From positions 186,001 through 250,000 of the forward strand of contig JASANG010003984.1 of NCBI GenBank assembly GCA_030248215.1: 64,000 bases of DNA, written 5' to 3'. This stretch comes from Enoplolaimus lenunculus. Lineage: Eukaryota. A program made the position numbers and the translations under genes. Of the stretch, positions 38,849 through 53,300 are shown piece by piece. Within the stretch, counting starts at the first letter, position 1. The number at the start of each line of letters is the position of its first letter. The notes below the pieces were generated by a model. The model had not been told where the DNA came from, made no database searches, and was given only the letters and a program-made list of their open reading frames with translations.

Positions 38849-41800
38849 ATCGCCGTCAAAATAGGTGTTTAATATTCAATGGTAATACTACTGAACTGTG
38901 GTTATCGTAATCGAAAGATGCGTTGCGCAAATTTGACTGGTTAAAATCAACTTTAAAAAACTTTGACTTCAATTCAGAATATCGAGTTCAATTTACAGGT
39001 GGATATGGTGACGGCCCTAAACAAAGCAGATAAAATGAACAATTTGGCGTGTTCTTTTAAAAAAATATACTGTAAAATCCAATGAGTTGATTAATCAATT
39101 CAGCTTGCGAGTTGGTTGTTTCTGAATTAATATCAGTAAACATTCAATCATTATGAGTTGAGTTGATTCTCACACTGAGTTGAGTTGACTCTGGGTGAGT
39201 TGACGAATTAACTCAGAATGAATTGAATCAACTCAAATTTAAGAGAGTTCTGATAGTCCTAACTCGAACTGAGTGATTCAACTCATTCTGAGTTAAAATC
39301 AACTCACTCAAATTTACAGTGTAGTAAACTCAATCTTATTTTATTAGTGAGCGCTACCCGACGACATCAAAATAGTCACTAAGTATAGGCACCATCAATT
39401 ATCCACCTGTACCCGTAGCCAATGGGCTCAGCCCTGCTGGAAAAATTCCCCACTAAAAAATTTTCAATCTTGCTTGTGAGTCGGCGCAAACCCTTGTACG
39501 ACCCTCCTGAAAAAGTTTGAGCCACCCCCAAGCAAGGTGAGCCAGCTATGGGCCTGTATTCACCGTCTAATTGTTTTAAGTCTGAGTTCAGTTTAAACGT
39601 TCTCGATTCAACGTTAATCTGAATAAATCTTTGGTATTGAAATATATTCAAATATAAGCAAGCAACAAATTTCCAGCTAACTCATCTACGCCCCGCCCCC
39701 CAAGTTTCGAAACAATGTTCAAAATGCGTATCGAAAACATTAAAACAGAACGTTTGATGGTCAAAAATAACGCGGTTACAGTAACTTTTCGCTGAGAAAT
39801 CACACGCCCATTTTTAAGCTCTACGACTCCCCTTAAACGTCGATTGCATTGCTCGCATTTCAAAAATTGATTTTTTCTCAACAGTTCAAAACAAATTCTA
39901 TTCAAAAAATTTTACATTAATCCCTCCGTTTTAAAATTTCGAATAGCGATGACGGCTGTTGTTTGTTACTGAGAGCAGGTGCCAAGCTTTTCGAAAGCTC
40001 GAACGGGGGGCCCATCAAGGCTATAAAGAGTCCTTAACACAAAATTTTATTCCCACGATTCAAGTTAGCATCGCTATTTTTGCGAGACGAAAGGTGTGAT
40101 TTTGTTGTTTATTTAACGATATAAAATGTGTTATTTTTCAAAGTTAAGAATGGTTTACACGAATGAAACGAGTAGACGTTACACCGTATTTTGGGGCCAA
40201 AAATATTTAAATATGACGTGTATTAACGGGTAAATTTCAACTGTTTCAGCGTGAGCATTGAATTTTGGATATTGAAACATCTGGTACGGGACACGCCTTA
40301 AAATTATGTGTAGTTTGGGACTAAATTTAAATTTTATAATACGAGATCATAAAATCGTACGCCCCTCGCTAGACCAATTAGGCCCATTTCAAATTTTCAA
40401 CCTTGCTTGTACGTCAACGGAAACCCTCGTATGCCGCTCCCGAAATTCATTTTCGCCCCACCTAGCAAGGTGAGAGCTGGCTACGGGCATGTAACACGCA
40501 TTGCCTAAGAACTCAGTTCTAGGTTTATATACCCTTTCATCTAAATCCAATTTAGCATCAAGAATTAACTCATTACTCGACAGCATTGCACTGGTACCAC
40601 TTAGAATAACCGTGTGACAATACGTAAATGCTTGCATATGTTTAGTCTCAAAACTAATATAACCAGTACTGAACTAGGACCGTAGCCAGCTCACATTGCT
40701 AAGGGGGAGGTGACTAAAAAATTTTCACGATGGGCATACAAGGGTTTTCAATGACTTACAAGCAAGGTTGAAAAAATTCTAAGGAAGTCCAAAATTTTTC
40801 CACGGAGGTTGAAGCCCCTTGCGCCCTTGTTGGCTACGGGCCCGTGTGAAACAAAGGACCAAGAGTTCAAATAGGGGCCCGAACATAGGAAACCAAATCG
40901 ACTCAAATATTGGTCCCTAAACCAGAATTGGCAAATCGTTTACCGGCGATTCAACAATGGGAGTATGTGAACACTGATAAAATGAATTCGGATTGGGAGC
41001 CAGCTTATTTTGACCCCCATCTTTCGATACCCGCATGGACTGACAACAAAAAGTATGAGCTGTAACAGTGGGTGAATTTGCTTAATTTAGATACGGTAAA
41101 CTTTAAGCTGAACGTAATCACCTAAAGAACGATTAGCTAAGTAGTCAGAAAGAACGCTTAGCTAAGTTGTCAGCGTTTTGTCTAGCTAACTTTTCTAGCT
41201 TAGACTGTGCATAAAAAACTAGCTTGTTAGCTAAACAACAGCTAATGACCAGTAAATCAACTGTGTGACACCGTATGCTTGGGGTCCGTTGATCTAAGAA
41301 AATTGAGTTTGACTTCTCGTTCGGTTCGATTTCGAATGTTGCTCACTGTTTAAGCTGCTAATAGTAGCATTTGCGTATTTATTTACAAAAATTATTACTT
41401 ATCGGACGACGTTTTTATGTCAAAATACCAGGATTGATATTATTTCCAGTCCGGGCTCTGTGCCACTCCATGCCAGATTTGCCCTAAATTTAAAACGATA
41501 AAAGCATCTGTATAGTGTACAATAAAGGGTTGCTATTTATTGCAGACTCAGGGAGTTTTCCTGCAGTCTGCACGGGCCCGTAGCTAAGGGGGGTCCAGGG
41601 GGGGCTCAGGCCCCCTGGACAAATTTTGGCCCCCTTAGAAAGTTTTCAACCTTGCTTGTAACTCATTGAAAACAATTGAATGCCCCTCCTAAAAAATTTT
41701 AAAGCCGTCCTAGCAAGGCGAGCTAGCTACGGTCCTGAGTTTGCAGCGCTTATTATATATGCTTCAAAACAATGTAGATCTCAAACCAAAGTATGCAAAT

Positions 41801-42054
41801 TAACTGAGTGGACGCAGGGGCTGCAACGAGGAGAGCAGATGATCAGGGTGGCGCACCCCCTAAATTCCCATTCCTTGCTGTTATGTAAAGGCAGTGTTGG
41901 CCCGTTGAATCATCGTTTTAACGCTCTGCAATTCAATCTTAAAAGCCAGTACTTGCTGTTTTGTCAGCGTCGGCGGCCACCAATGGAACATTTTCAGGCA
42001 GCTACTAAGTGAACGCGTCTTGGGGTGGAGCTATACTTTTTTACTACTGTAACG

Positions 42055-42510
42055 TCGTACGACGTCGTCTGGCGCCGTTCCATGTCGTCTGGCGCCGTCC
42101 TGCATCGTCTGGCGCCGTCCTACGTCGTCTGGCGCCGTCCTACGTCGTCTGGCGCCGTCCTGCGTCGTCTGGCGTCGTCTGGAACTGTCCTGCGTCGTCT
42201 GGCGCCGTACTGCGTCGTCTGGCGCCGTCCTGCGTCGTCTGGCGTCGTCTGGAACTGTCCTGCGTCGTCTGGCACCGTACTGCGTCGTCTGGCGCCGTAC
42301 TACATCGTCTGGCGCCGTCCTGCGTCGTCTGGCGTCGTCTGGAACTGTCCTGCGTCGTCTGGCGCCGTACTGCGTCGTCTGGCGCCGTCCTGCGTCGTCT
42401 GGCGTCGTCTGGAACTGTCCTGCGTCGTCTGGCGCCGTCCTGCGTCGTCTGGCGCCGTCCTGCGTCGTCTGACGCCGTCCCTCGTCGTTTGGTGTCATCC
42501 CGCGACGTCA
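42055..42510. repeat. GC-rich 10/20-bp minisatellite (TGCGTCGTCTGGCGCCGTCC) inside a Harbinger-like MITE
   Basis: Directly visible; accounts for the overlapping repetitive ORFs at 42009-42561. Confidence 0.95.
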
Positions 42511-45500
42511 GGCGCCACCCATGGCCGTAGAATATCATTTTATAAACAAAAATTTTTTTGACTTGCGGCGCTGTCCACCACCCGACGGCGCCACAAGACG
42601 TGTATATCGCTGTCCTTTGAGTAAAATATTAAAATACCGAACACGGTATCTTAAAACAAAAATCGTTCAACTTACCTAGGTTTTAAAAAGTAAATCAATA
42701 CGTGTTGAATAGAATAAAAATACGAAAATATATATTTCATTGAATTTAATATAAGAGTTATCGATACTTCTTTAGTTCCCCCCACACATAAAGTTCCTAT
42801 AAAAACACGTGACGAACCTAAGCCAAAGCCTAATAAGCAAGGACAATAAGCTTAAGCTTAAGCTTAAGCCTAAACCTGAGTCTTATAAATGCATGTTATA
42901 ATGCAATATTGTAAACACTGAGGGATTTTTGCCTTATAAGCACACAGTTATCTACACTGAATACACGACATATAAGCTGTGTCTTGACCTTAACTTGTAA
43001 ACCCCTGTTGTCAAATGTGTGTAGGACCTATCACCGCTTGGCGACAGATCCTGTAACTTTTGAACCAGTGAATGTTGAGGCTTCAACAAATTCAGCCCAT
43101 TTTTCGCATATGATTTGTTCTGCTCCTGCGCGCTAATTTTGAGCTCAACAACAGCAACAGTGAGTTTGAAAACCAATTACTAACTGATGATAGTTGCTAT
43201 TTATACATTTGCGAATATGGGTGGTCCTAAACGCAGCTTATAACTGATAACATCAGAAATCAAATCGGCCACCGAGATCGGCTAAAAATAAGATAAAATA
43301 GTAACCCAAAAGTCAACGGTAAAATTAATTTGCTACTTTACAAAATATTCGATTTACGAACAAAATACGCGTAAATTTTTGTTGTTTTCTTTTTTCAAAA
43401 ATAAATAAAAACATTTAAGCTTTACGCAAAAAAAAACTAAATTTTCATAAGAAAACATTTTACAACACCACAGACAATCTAAATTTGACCAGAAAAAACA
43501 ATAATTCTATATCCAAATTCTACTAAGTTTTGAAGAGCATTTTTATTGCTTAAAACCGTAAAAAACTAGACTTTATGGTCTTGTGAATTTTAGACGTTGA
43601 ATTAATATTTTCATCAAAAATATTATACCGGTAAAATACCACTTACATTTATTTGAACACTGCTCAACTAAGCGTATAAGTCATGAATTATAGAAAACGT
43701 GCTTTATTTGGCTATATTATAACCTAAAAATTATCCCGATACTCCAAGGACGTCTCGTTGTCTCAAATTTGCCGCTGGTGCCCCCCAAATAGACTCGGTC
43801 TATAAATAAACAATCTGCATTATGGGGGGGCGGGCAAAATTATTCGGTTCCCCTCCAAGTATCATTTTCGGTGGATACCCCTGCTTGGACAAGCTGTGAA
43901 ACCTGGTAAGCATACGCACACGCGTATAGTCGAAATATTTAGGTTAACTGTACCGAATAAAAGCGATTAATATTGCTTTTTAATAATGCGTTCACCAAAT
44001 CGTTAACAATGATTGAATCAACCAGGGTCGATAGCAGACAAATATGAACTCGTATTAGAGGCTGCAGTTTCATGGGCCGCTGCTTCTATGGTCCTAATGA
44101 AACATACAGGCTCGTAGTCAGCTCACCTTGCTAGGGGTGGGAGCTGAAAATTTTCCAGGAGTGGCGCTGAACGGTTTTCAATGAGTCACACAAGCAAGGT
44201 TGGAAATTCTCTAGGGGAGCCAAAATTTTTCAAGGGGTGCTGAGCCCTACGCTGCCCCTCCCGATGGCTACGGGCCCGTAAACATACGTTATTTATTTTA
44301 AATATAATTCTATAATAGAAAGAAACAAGTACGAATTTAACCAAAGGTACAGTTAATATTTCATAAAATTTACAACTATTTGCCAGAAATTGCGTAGACC
44401 TGTTGGTTTGTTTACCGGGTACCACCTTGAGTATAACCAAAATTTTGGTTTACAGAGGGTGCTACACCAATTAACATATCTGGTGAGAAGATCGAGTGGA
44501 TTTAGGCAATATTTAGCCATTAGCAGAAATTAATTTAAGTCATGGGGGGTGTCATGTCGGTGACAATTAGCGGACACTCGACAGTATTATCAGAATTTAA
44601 TGTTAACAGGATTTTCGTTCCCCTTCTATAATACTATCTTATTTCCGTCCACTAACAATTGCCGGATACGGACCTGCCTAGAAACCGACAATAAAACTAT
44701 GCTTTAGAATATTAACCACTTGAATTGTAAAGGTAAATAATAATTTTTCTGGCTCGCTACACTCGCTCGCCAAAAAAATTATAACAATTATGGTCACGCC
44801 CAGGGCCGGAGCAGAGACCCCCATGCCCTCCATTTGGGGCGGAGGCCCACCCCTGAAGGGGCACCCACCCTAACCGGTTGAAACAAAAACCACTTAAGTT
44901 TTAATATGCGTCTGGTTTCTTGCTCGCTTCGCTCGTGTGTTAGGCGGCCCCCACTCTGGAATTTGGGGGCAGCGTCCATCCCTGTCTGCTCTGGCGCTAG
45001 CTACGCCTGTGCCTAATGATACCAGGCGTACCGGTTTCTACTCGTCTGTTGTCAGTAGAAAATAGATCTAGTTTGCCAATCAGCCAGCGCTAAAAACATA
45101 CAGAACAGAAACGATGAAACGTGATATTTTAGCGAATTTTATACCAAAAACTAAACCTCAGCGTTGAGATTTTAGTTATGTAAACATTATCATAATATGT
45201 TACAATACTGCGTATCGCCTGGCTCAACAGCGAACCAGAAACATACGAGAATATTACCAAATTTACGGCGGACCCGTAGACAATACGTAGATCTTTTACT
45301 AAACCTAAACCTAAACAAAGCCTGATAATCATGCTCGTTAGCCAGAGGCGAAACATTTTTGCCCTCTAAAAAATTTTCAACCTTGCTTGTAAGTCAACGA
45401 AAGCACTTGCATGCTACTTCTGAAATATTTTCAGTCCTCGCCTATCACATAGCAAGGTGAGCTGGCTACGGACCTGAGTTGCCACCGCATATTCTAGCGG

Positions 45501-46905
45501 TTGACAAAACATTTGCAATATTTAGTATTAAACGAGTAGGATACAATGAAAGTAGGGTTAATTGTCAAATGTAGCATTCATCGGTTCAAAGATGCGTGTT
45601 TCTTGTTAAAAACGAAAGTATTTTAATCCTAAGTCGAATAATTTGGTTTTGGCTCAAATTGAGAGGGGTCCCTGATACCGGTTACGGTAGCGGTTCCAAC
45701 ACATTTTCGTGACGGCAAACCCTAATACATTTGGTTACGATTAGACGACGGTACTTATGGTTCATGTCAACATTGAAATGTCACTGTTTTAATATTAATC
45801 ATAACAATACAGGTCTAGCAACCAGTTTATCTTGCTAGGGGGAGGCTAAATTTTTTTTCAGGAAGAGCATACAAGGGTTTTCGTTGACTTACAAGCATGA
45901 ATGACAATTTTCTAGAGGGAGTCAAAATATATCCGGGGGAAGGCTAAGCCCCTCCGAACGCTTTCAGGCTACGGGGCCGTAGCGATATTGAACAATTTTA
46001 CCAAATTAAACTTGAAATTTCAAAGAAAAATGTGCATTTCAAATTTTACAACACGACAACGCAATTTAGTTTACAAACGATTATAAGCTATCTCATGAAT
46101 CCGATTATAAGCTGTCTCATGGATCTTCTCATGTATTAATTACGCATTATACACACAAAAAATGCGCTAATCATCAGCGAGAATTAACAAAATAATATAA
46201 AATTGGCCAATGTTACTTTAAGGAGCGTACCAGTAGATTAAGCGTATTCCTAAGCTTAAGCCTAAGCCTAAGCGTTGCAAAAATGAGTTCCTAATCCTAA
46301 ACGTAAGCCTAAGTCTACGCCTAAGCAAAAAAGTGTAATCTAGGATGTAAACGTACTATTTTATAGACATACATATTTAGGTTATTTGCTAAAAGTATGT
46401 GACTAAGTTTATTTGCAAAGTTACGTCTAAATGTGGTTTTCACGGGTTATGTTCCTCCAGAAATTCCTAGAAAAAAATGACCCATGTATAAAAGATCAGA
46501 GGCGGAACGGTTTTACGACTGCAATACAGTAAACGCTTAATCTTTATACAGTAGTTTTTGCTTAGGCTTAGGCATAGACTTAGGCTTAGACTTAGGTTTA
46601 TGTATAAACTTCTTCTTAGGCTTAGGCTTAGAAATATGCTTATACTACTGTACGGCCCAGTTCTATACATTGGCCGAAAAAAATAGATAGTTGTTTCTTT
46701 TTAGTATTATGAAAACAAACATTTCTCGTGTTCGCTAAGGTTATTCGCAAACTTTGCTACAGGTTTAATGTGTTTCGAAATGAAATACAGACTACGCCTC
46801 TGCTAAACTGTACAGTATCAATTGATAACTATATTAAAATTCAATTGTGCCTTGCAGCCTAAGAATATTCAATTTAATGAAATACCAGATATAAACTAAT
46901 CGTCT

Positions 46906-47125
46906 CATGGTCCCTAGCGGATCCACATGGTCCCTAGCGGATCCACATGGTCCCTAGCGGATCCACATGGTCCCTAGCGGATCCACGTGGTCCCTAGCGG
47001 ATCCACATGGACCCTAGCGGATCCACATGGTCCCTAGCGGATCCACATGGTCCCTAGCGGATCCACATGGTCCCTAGCGGATCCACATGGTCCCTAGCGG
47101 ATCCACATCGTCCCTAGCGGATCCA
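46906..47125. repeat. 20-bp tandem array CATGGTCCCTAGCGGATCCA x11
   Basis: Period 20, near-perfect. The unit is the junction of flank and left TIR of a family-3 MITE. Confidence 0.95.
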
Positions 47126-48083
47126 GTTGCGGGACGTACGGCCCGCTCGTCAGAAATTTTTTTGTATTAAAATGATAAGGTCCCTACGTTACAATTCTTC
47201 CTCTCTCTCTGTCTCAAAAAATTGGCACATATAAGTAAACAGTGCGTTTTATAACCTTTGTCAGTCCACCTACCGTCAGAAATTGCTGGATACGCCGCTG
47301 CTCAGTGTTTGTGTTTTGAGTCGATCGAAATAGTTGCGATTCCGACCTGTTGTAAACATTCCCATTCTTCAACTCTTCCAGTTAAATAGATTACAAAAAT
47401 TTGCTCTTTGGTATGTTTCAAATGTTGTTCCATTAATGAGTCGTTTATGCACCGTTCACAATAAATCTGTCAACGGTGCCGCAAAATCTCGTCTAGACCA
47501 CAGCTATCATGAGGTTATTTTGAAAATGACCACGGGATAGCCTTCCTTGGTCTATACAAGAATTTATGCCACCGTTGACATGTGAGCTGCGGTATAAATA
47601 ACACAATTCGTCGGCTGACAACTTGTCGCCCGGCAACTTGTAATCCGAAAGTTCATCGACTTGACAATTCGTCGCTCATCATTATGCTTAAACTTTAGAC
47701 TTACGCTTAGGATTATGCTTAGATTTATTCAGTGTTCATCAACAAGTTGTCGGGTGACGAAATTGTCGCAGATTCGATAGCTGCACCTCGCAGCTGTGTA
47801 TAATCCTTGGAAAAGGTCACGGTACACCTCAGCTGAGAACCTCAACAAACATGCGCTAAAATGTCAAAAATATTTTTACGGTCAAAATGCCTGTTTTTAA
47901 ATGTTTAAAATTTGAATTACACGATACCTGTGTAGTCAGGATACGTCTACGTTTAATTTCACCGGTCCAATTTGACTGTGGGATATGACGTGCCATTACT
48001 GACGGAGACGGTTGAGCTGAACTTGTCGACGGCTTCTAAAATTAAATAAATGTGTATTTTAAAACGAGAAAATAAAAACTAAA

Positions 48084-48303
48084 CCCGTATTCTCAAATGT
48101 GTATAGCATCTATCACCAGTTGATGATACGTCATGTAGCTTTGCAATTAGCGCATGATGACGTTCGAAATTTAGCACATTATTCGCGTGTTTGAGCTGTC
48201 CTACTTCTGTGCCAATTTTGAGATCTGCAATTGTAGATGTTTATCAGTTTGAAAACCTATCGCTAACTGATGATAGATGCTATACGCATTTGAGAATACG
48301 GGG
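48084..48303. mobile_element. MITE with TIR CCCGTATTCTCAAATGTGTATAGCATCTATCA
   Basis: Long inverted termini. Related copies at ~15850-16046, ~43000-43222 and ~17415-17470. Confidence 0.7.
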
Positions 48304-49248
48304 ACTAATTTCAATTACCTATTTTTTTATACTGTTTATTTTACCAGAAATACTTGACTTTTTTGGGTACAGGGCGCAGTCTGCGCAGGAAACAATATAT
48401 TTGGCTTACGTTATACGCCCGTAGCCAGCTCATTTTGTTTGGGATGCGAATCTTCGTTAGGATGGGCCTACAAAGGTTTACGATGACATTTAACGAATTT
48501 GAAATTTTTATACGTGAGGTCAGTGCCGGAGCAGGCAGGGGTGGGGGCTCCCCCCACATTCCAGGGTGAGGGCACCCAAAGTTGCGAGCGAAGCGAGCGA
48601 AAAGCCAAACGCATTTTAAAACGTAAGCGGTTCTTATTTCAACCGGTTAGGATCGGGGCCCCTTTACGGGTGCCCCCCCAAATGCAGGTATGGGGGTGGC
48701 TGCTCCAGCCCTGGGTGAGGTTAAAATTTGTTAGGAGGGTTGAACCCAACTGACCCCCGTCTGGATAGGGCCAGTTACCCCTGCATTTAGTTTGTCCTAT
48801 AAACTCATACAGATGAGTAAAAAAATCAACCAATCGTCAACCATAGTTTCTGAATACACCCTGATACTTTAATTTTTGAATACAGAGCTAAACATACCGC
48901 AAAATAAGTTATTTATTTGACAACAATTAGCAACCGAATCAATATCCTGCGAAAATTTTAACACCATTCGACTCAGCTCAACAAACAGCGTCAAATAATA
49001 TATTTGTCTAACTTTTTGACAAAAAAAATTTTCGGTCGCAAGAAAAGTCATGAAGGCTTTAAAAATCCAATTTTTCAAAAATTCAAAATTGGCTGTGAAA
49101 TGATCATGGGAAGCGAAGCTCAAATATGCAAACATTTTCAAACCGAAACAATTTTAAAGCCGAACGCTGGTCGGAGGCTGTTGATAACTGATAACACCAA
49201 CCCGAACCGCTAAAAATAGAAAATAAATCAACAAAAATAATCATTTAC

Positions 49249-49290
49249 TTGTACACCGTGGGTTGAATCCGTTTCGCTAAGGGATGACAT
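49249..49290 (-). CDS. Candidate alternative first coding exon MSSLSETDSTHGVQ
   Basis: Acceptor ttttattcag 11 nt upstream of the ATG (trans-splice-like spacing) and donor CAA|gtaaat, phase 0. Confidence 0.4.
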
Positions 49291-50113
49291 TGCAAAAATT
49301 ACTGAATAAAAATGTTATTTCAGCTAATAATTAATATTAATGTTTGCTATTTTATATTAATTTACAATTATTGCTTCTTCATTTCTGAAACGACTTTTAG
49401 CAAAAAACTAATTTATCACACACTTCAAAATGATTTCATTCAATTTTCCCACGCACAGGTTTCGAAATTTGCAATTTTGAGCTAGGATTAGGCTCAGGCT
49501 TAAACTTTATGGGGCACAGGAAAGCGTGCAAGAAGTTACTACAGGTCGTATATTCACAAAGAAATTAACAGACACGTCTTCAAAATCAACACTTTAATAT
49601 TTGAAAATGTTAAAAATAAGCTAAGAACATTAATTCATAAGTGCAAACAGTGCGAGATAGTCATAACGACGAGGTTAACACACCAGAATCATAAGCTTTC
49701 AAACAAAAAAAGTTTATCAAAATAAAAGTTCAGCGGTTCGTGAGATTCTTGTCGGACGGACACATGCGGACGTCACATCCACATTTCGACCCCCAAGTAC
49801 AATAAGCATTGCTCGAAGTTTTGCTTCGCTCAATTAAAAAGTTCATCGCTTCGAAAGTTTAGTTTCTACAGTTTACGATGCGTTTTCTTAGAAATCGTTA
49901 AAATAGCATGCGAATATAAGACGAATTCAAAACATTTAGGTTAGGCTATGAACCATTTGACTCATTTCTGGTTTACGAGCCTGAAAGTGCATATCGAAAG
50001 GCATTTCCCAACTTTCAGATGGAAAACGTTTGCCGTCCTAAATCATACGCGAGGCTGACTGCAACTTGCATTTTGTACAAGTACGAAACATACTCGATGG
50101 TGATTGGTTAATT

Positions 50114-50303
50114 GGCCCATGTATAGAACACGGCCGGAACAGTAGTATAAGTACATTCCTAAGCCTAAGCCTACGCCTGAGCCTAAACCTAAACCTACGC
50201 CTAAGCCTAAGCCTAAGCCTAAGCAAAAAATTCGTCTAAAGCTTAAACTGACTCTATTATAGCCCCTGCGGAAAACGATCCGGCCCTGTTCAATACATTG
50301 GCC
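50114..50303. mobile_element. TTAGGC-core MITE family B (TIR GGCCMATGTAT)
   Basis: Reads GGCCCATGTAT ... ATACATTGGCC around (GCCTAA)n. Copies at 18734-18921, ~28760-28950, 46479-46675, 51198-51345 and 59549-59745. Confidence 0.75.
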
Positions 50304-53300
50304 GGTTAAATTTTTGCATACCAGCCAGGAACGTATCGTTGTTGACCATAGCGTCAAAGGTTTAAAGACTGCAACTTACGCCGAAGGCACAAAATTTAAT
50401 TTTTAATTTGCGTTTATGCTATATTTTCACAGCGCGTTCGCTAAGGAGACTAAGCGAAAACATTAAAAGGAAAATATGAAAATATTTCCACCGGAACAGA
50501 ATTGGCAGAATAATCCTCTTCCCATCCAGTTGAACATCTGCTGGTAGTAAAACAGCATGTAAAACTGTGTATAAGAATTCGAAATCAGCTAAGTACAACG
50601 TTTAACGTTATTCGCAAAAACAAATCTACTTTACCATTTTGTTACAAAAAAATTTCTGACGGTGGAGCGAACGGCCCAACCCCCGCCCCCTTTAAATATG
50701 GGGCCACCCGAAGTTTTATAATTCTGCAACAAATGTAGCCAAGTTGAACAGTGTCAGAGACCCACGTTTAGCTGTCAACGCGGTTCCAAGCCGCAAACAG
50801 GGGCAGATACTGCTCCAATGTCCAAACCCGTTCCGTTCAACCTCTGACAGAGAAATAAAAACGCATATTTAAGATTTAAAAAATTGTGAAAAAAGCCTAA
50901 TTTCAATATATAATTCGTAATTTACCGATGGACTAATTAGCAATTATATCGTGGCTCGTAAGGCCCGTAGCCAGCACACCTTGCTAGATAGGGCTAAAAA
51001 TTTATTTCACGAGGGGCATTCAAGGGTTTTTAGTGACTAGCAACTGAAAATTTTAGGGGCGGCCATAAAATTTTTTCAGGGGGGTGAGCCCCCTACCCCC
51101 CCTTGGCTATAAAGCTTATGTGAATTGAGACTATCATGCGTTATGCAAAAATATTTCGCATATATAATCATAACAGCTTTTACGTCATATATAACTCGGC
51201 CAATGTATAGATCAGTACCGTCAAACAGTAGTATAAGCATATTCATGAGCCTAAACTTAAGCCTAAGACTAAGCGTAAGGATAAAGCTCAAGCTGTCTCT
51301 ATTGCAGTGTGGCAAAAAGGTCCTCAACTGATTTATGCACGGGCCTTGTCTATAAATAGTGGTAACTAGTCAACCGGTTTTGCGCAATACACAATAGTAA
51401 TGCACTAAAAGTTGGCTGCAGATTTTCTTTTCATAGAACAATCATGTTTATAGTCAAAGAATTCGTTGCACGCAAAGTAATGCTGGAAAGTTGCCCAAAA
51501 TACGTATGTGGGAAATTCCAGCTTTAATATATAGATAATACACATTGCGCAGTGCTTTATAATTATTTCACTATTAACAAACCAGTTTGATTGAACCATA
51601 CAGTTTAGGTAATGATATAATAGCCCTTGTACTCTTTCATTCCCCACACATTTAACATTAAGGCTTAGGCTTAGGCTCAGGCAAAAACGAGCACCGTTGG
51701 ATTGACTTCACATCTGTGTCGAGTAAATCCGTTTCCATGACTTTACATTTAGAAAATGTTCAAGTCACTGAAGCTGTTGAAATTTCCACTAAAATGCATC
51801 TAACTGAATCGAAGATAATCGCTTTCAATCCTTTAGGTTTTCCACTTGCCCACACTGAGTTACAAAGGCCATACAAGATGGGATAGGTGGGATCAAGACT
51901 ACATGGCCCTCATTATCAAGATCCCGCAACCCTGCGGGACCTGTATGATACAAAATGTACCACCGGGCGTTGTGTTTTTGACCGACCCCTCTTATTCAGA
52001 GGGTTGGGGTCGCTATCACATGCAATAACCCTAACTTAAACTACAAGCAGAGCATTTCTGATGCCCGGATACATAAAGTGCCATAGTTAACACAGGTCGC
52101 ACCGTTTCTAAACACTGTTCGTGTCGGTCAATAACGCAACGTCCGGCGGTACATTTTTGTACCATGCGGAACCACAAGAGTTGAATATATATCACGCTTC
52201 TCTTGGTGAGATATATTTCGCCAAACTTCGACAAAGACTCAAAACCACACTTTTACTGGCTAAATAATCTACAAAAGTTGAAATATTTTTGAAAATTATT
52301 TCCTATCGGAATGCAATCATGGCTACGTTCCTGCCGAGGACCACAGGCATCCATAACTAAGCCGAAAATCGAAAACCAAGACCGCTCAGACCCTTGAATT
52401 GTGTCTAAAAATTACTTTCTATATATGTTTAGCTGACTGAAATGAGCACAAAATGCTTGTATCTCAGTGGCATCACGACAATTCGTCACCCGACAACTCG
52501 TCTCCCGACGTCCGAAACTTCATCGAATCGACGATTCATCACCCAACATTACCCGACACGGAATACCCTCCATGCGGACAATGTATGACTGTGTATTGGC
52601 TATCGTACACTTTCCCCACATTTAAGATTAAGGCCACGTCCGTAGCCAGAGGGGCGTTGTTTTTGGCAAAATTTTACCCTCTCGATCGGTTGCAAACTTG
52701 CTAAGTAAATCATCGGGCAAACCATTGTATGCCCATCCTGAAAAATTTTCCAGCCCCCCTAACAACGTGAACGGGGCTGCAGGCTTGATTAAGACTAAGT
52801 CTTAAGCAAATGTATAGGTTTTAGGCGTATAGTACGGTTTTTCCTAAGCCTAGGCGTTAGCGGAAACGTAGCTAAATGCAAGAAGTGTGCAACGGCTACA
52901 ATATTCCTAAATTCACCGGATAATAAACTGCTAAAATAATTGACCAAACGACAGGCTAAAGAGCTGTTAGTGACGGAACGAGAAAAAATGTAATCAACCG
53001 ATATAAAACGGAATAGCGACTACAGCGAGGGAGAGACACGAGACAGCTATTCAGACACGGGTGTGATACAAGCGGAAATAAGGGGGGCTTATATCCGGTC
53101 GAAGTTTGCACGAAAACACAACAAAACATACACGCTTTAGACTGAACCTGGTCGATGTCCATAGCGACAATGGTGTTTGTAGCTTGCAGTTGCATGCGAA
53201 CATACCGTTTGCAATGTAGGTTGCTACTCTCTCGAAATGAAATTCTGGTTTTGCAGTCGTGGTTTTAAACTGCACGATTGCACAGAGGCGAAGCACAATT

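Noticed and set aside
42009..42561. Overlapping 130-180 aa ORFs on both strands (also 8219-8606 and 61990-62366)
   Set aside because: They result from stop-free GC-rich minisatellites inside MITEs.
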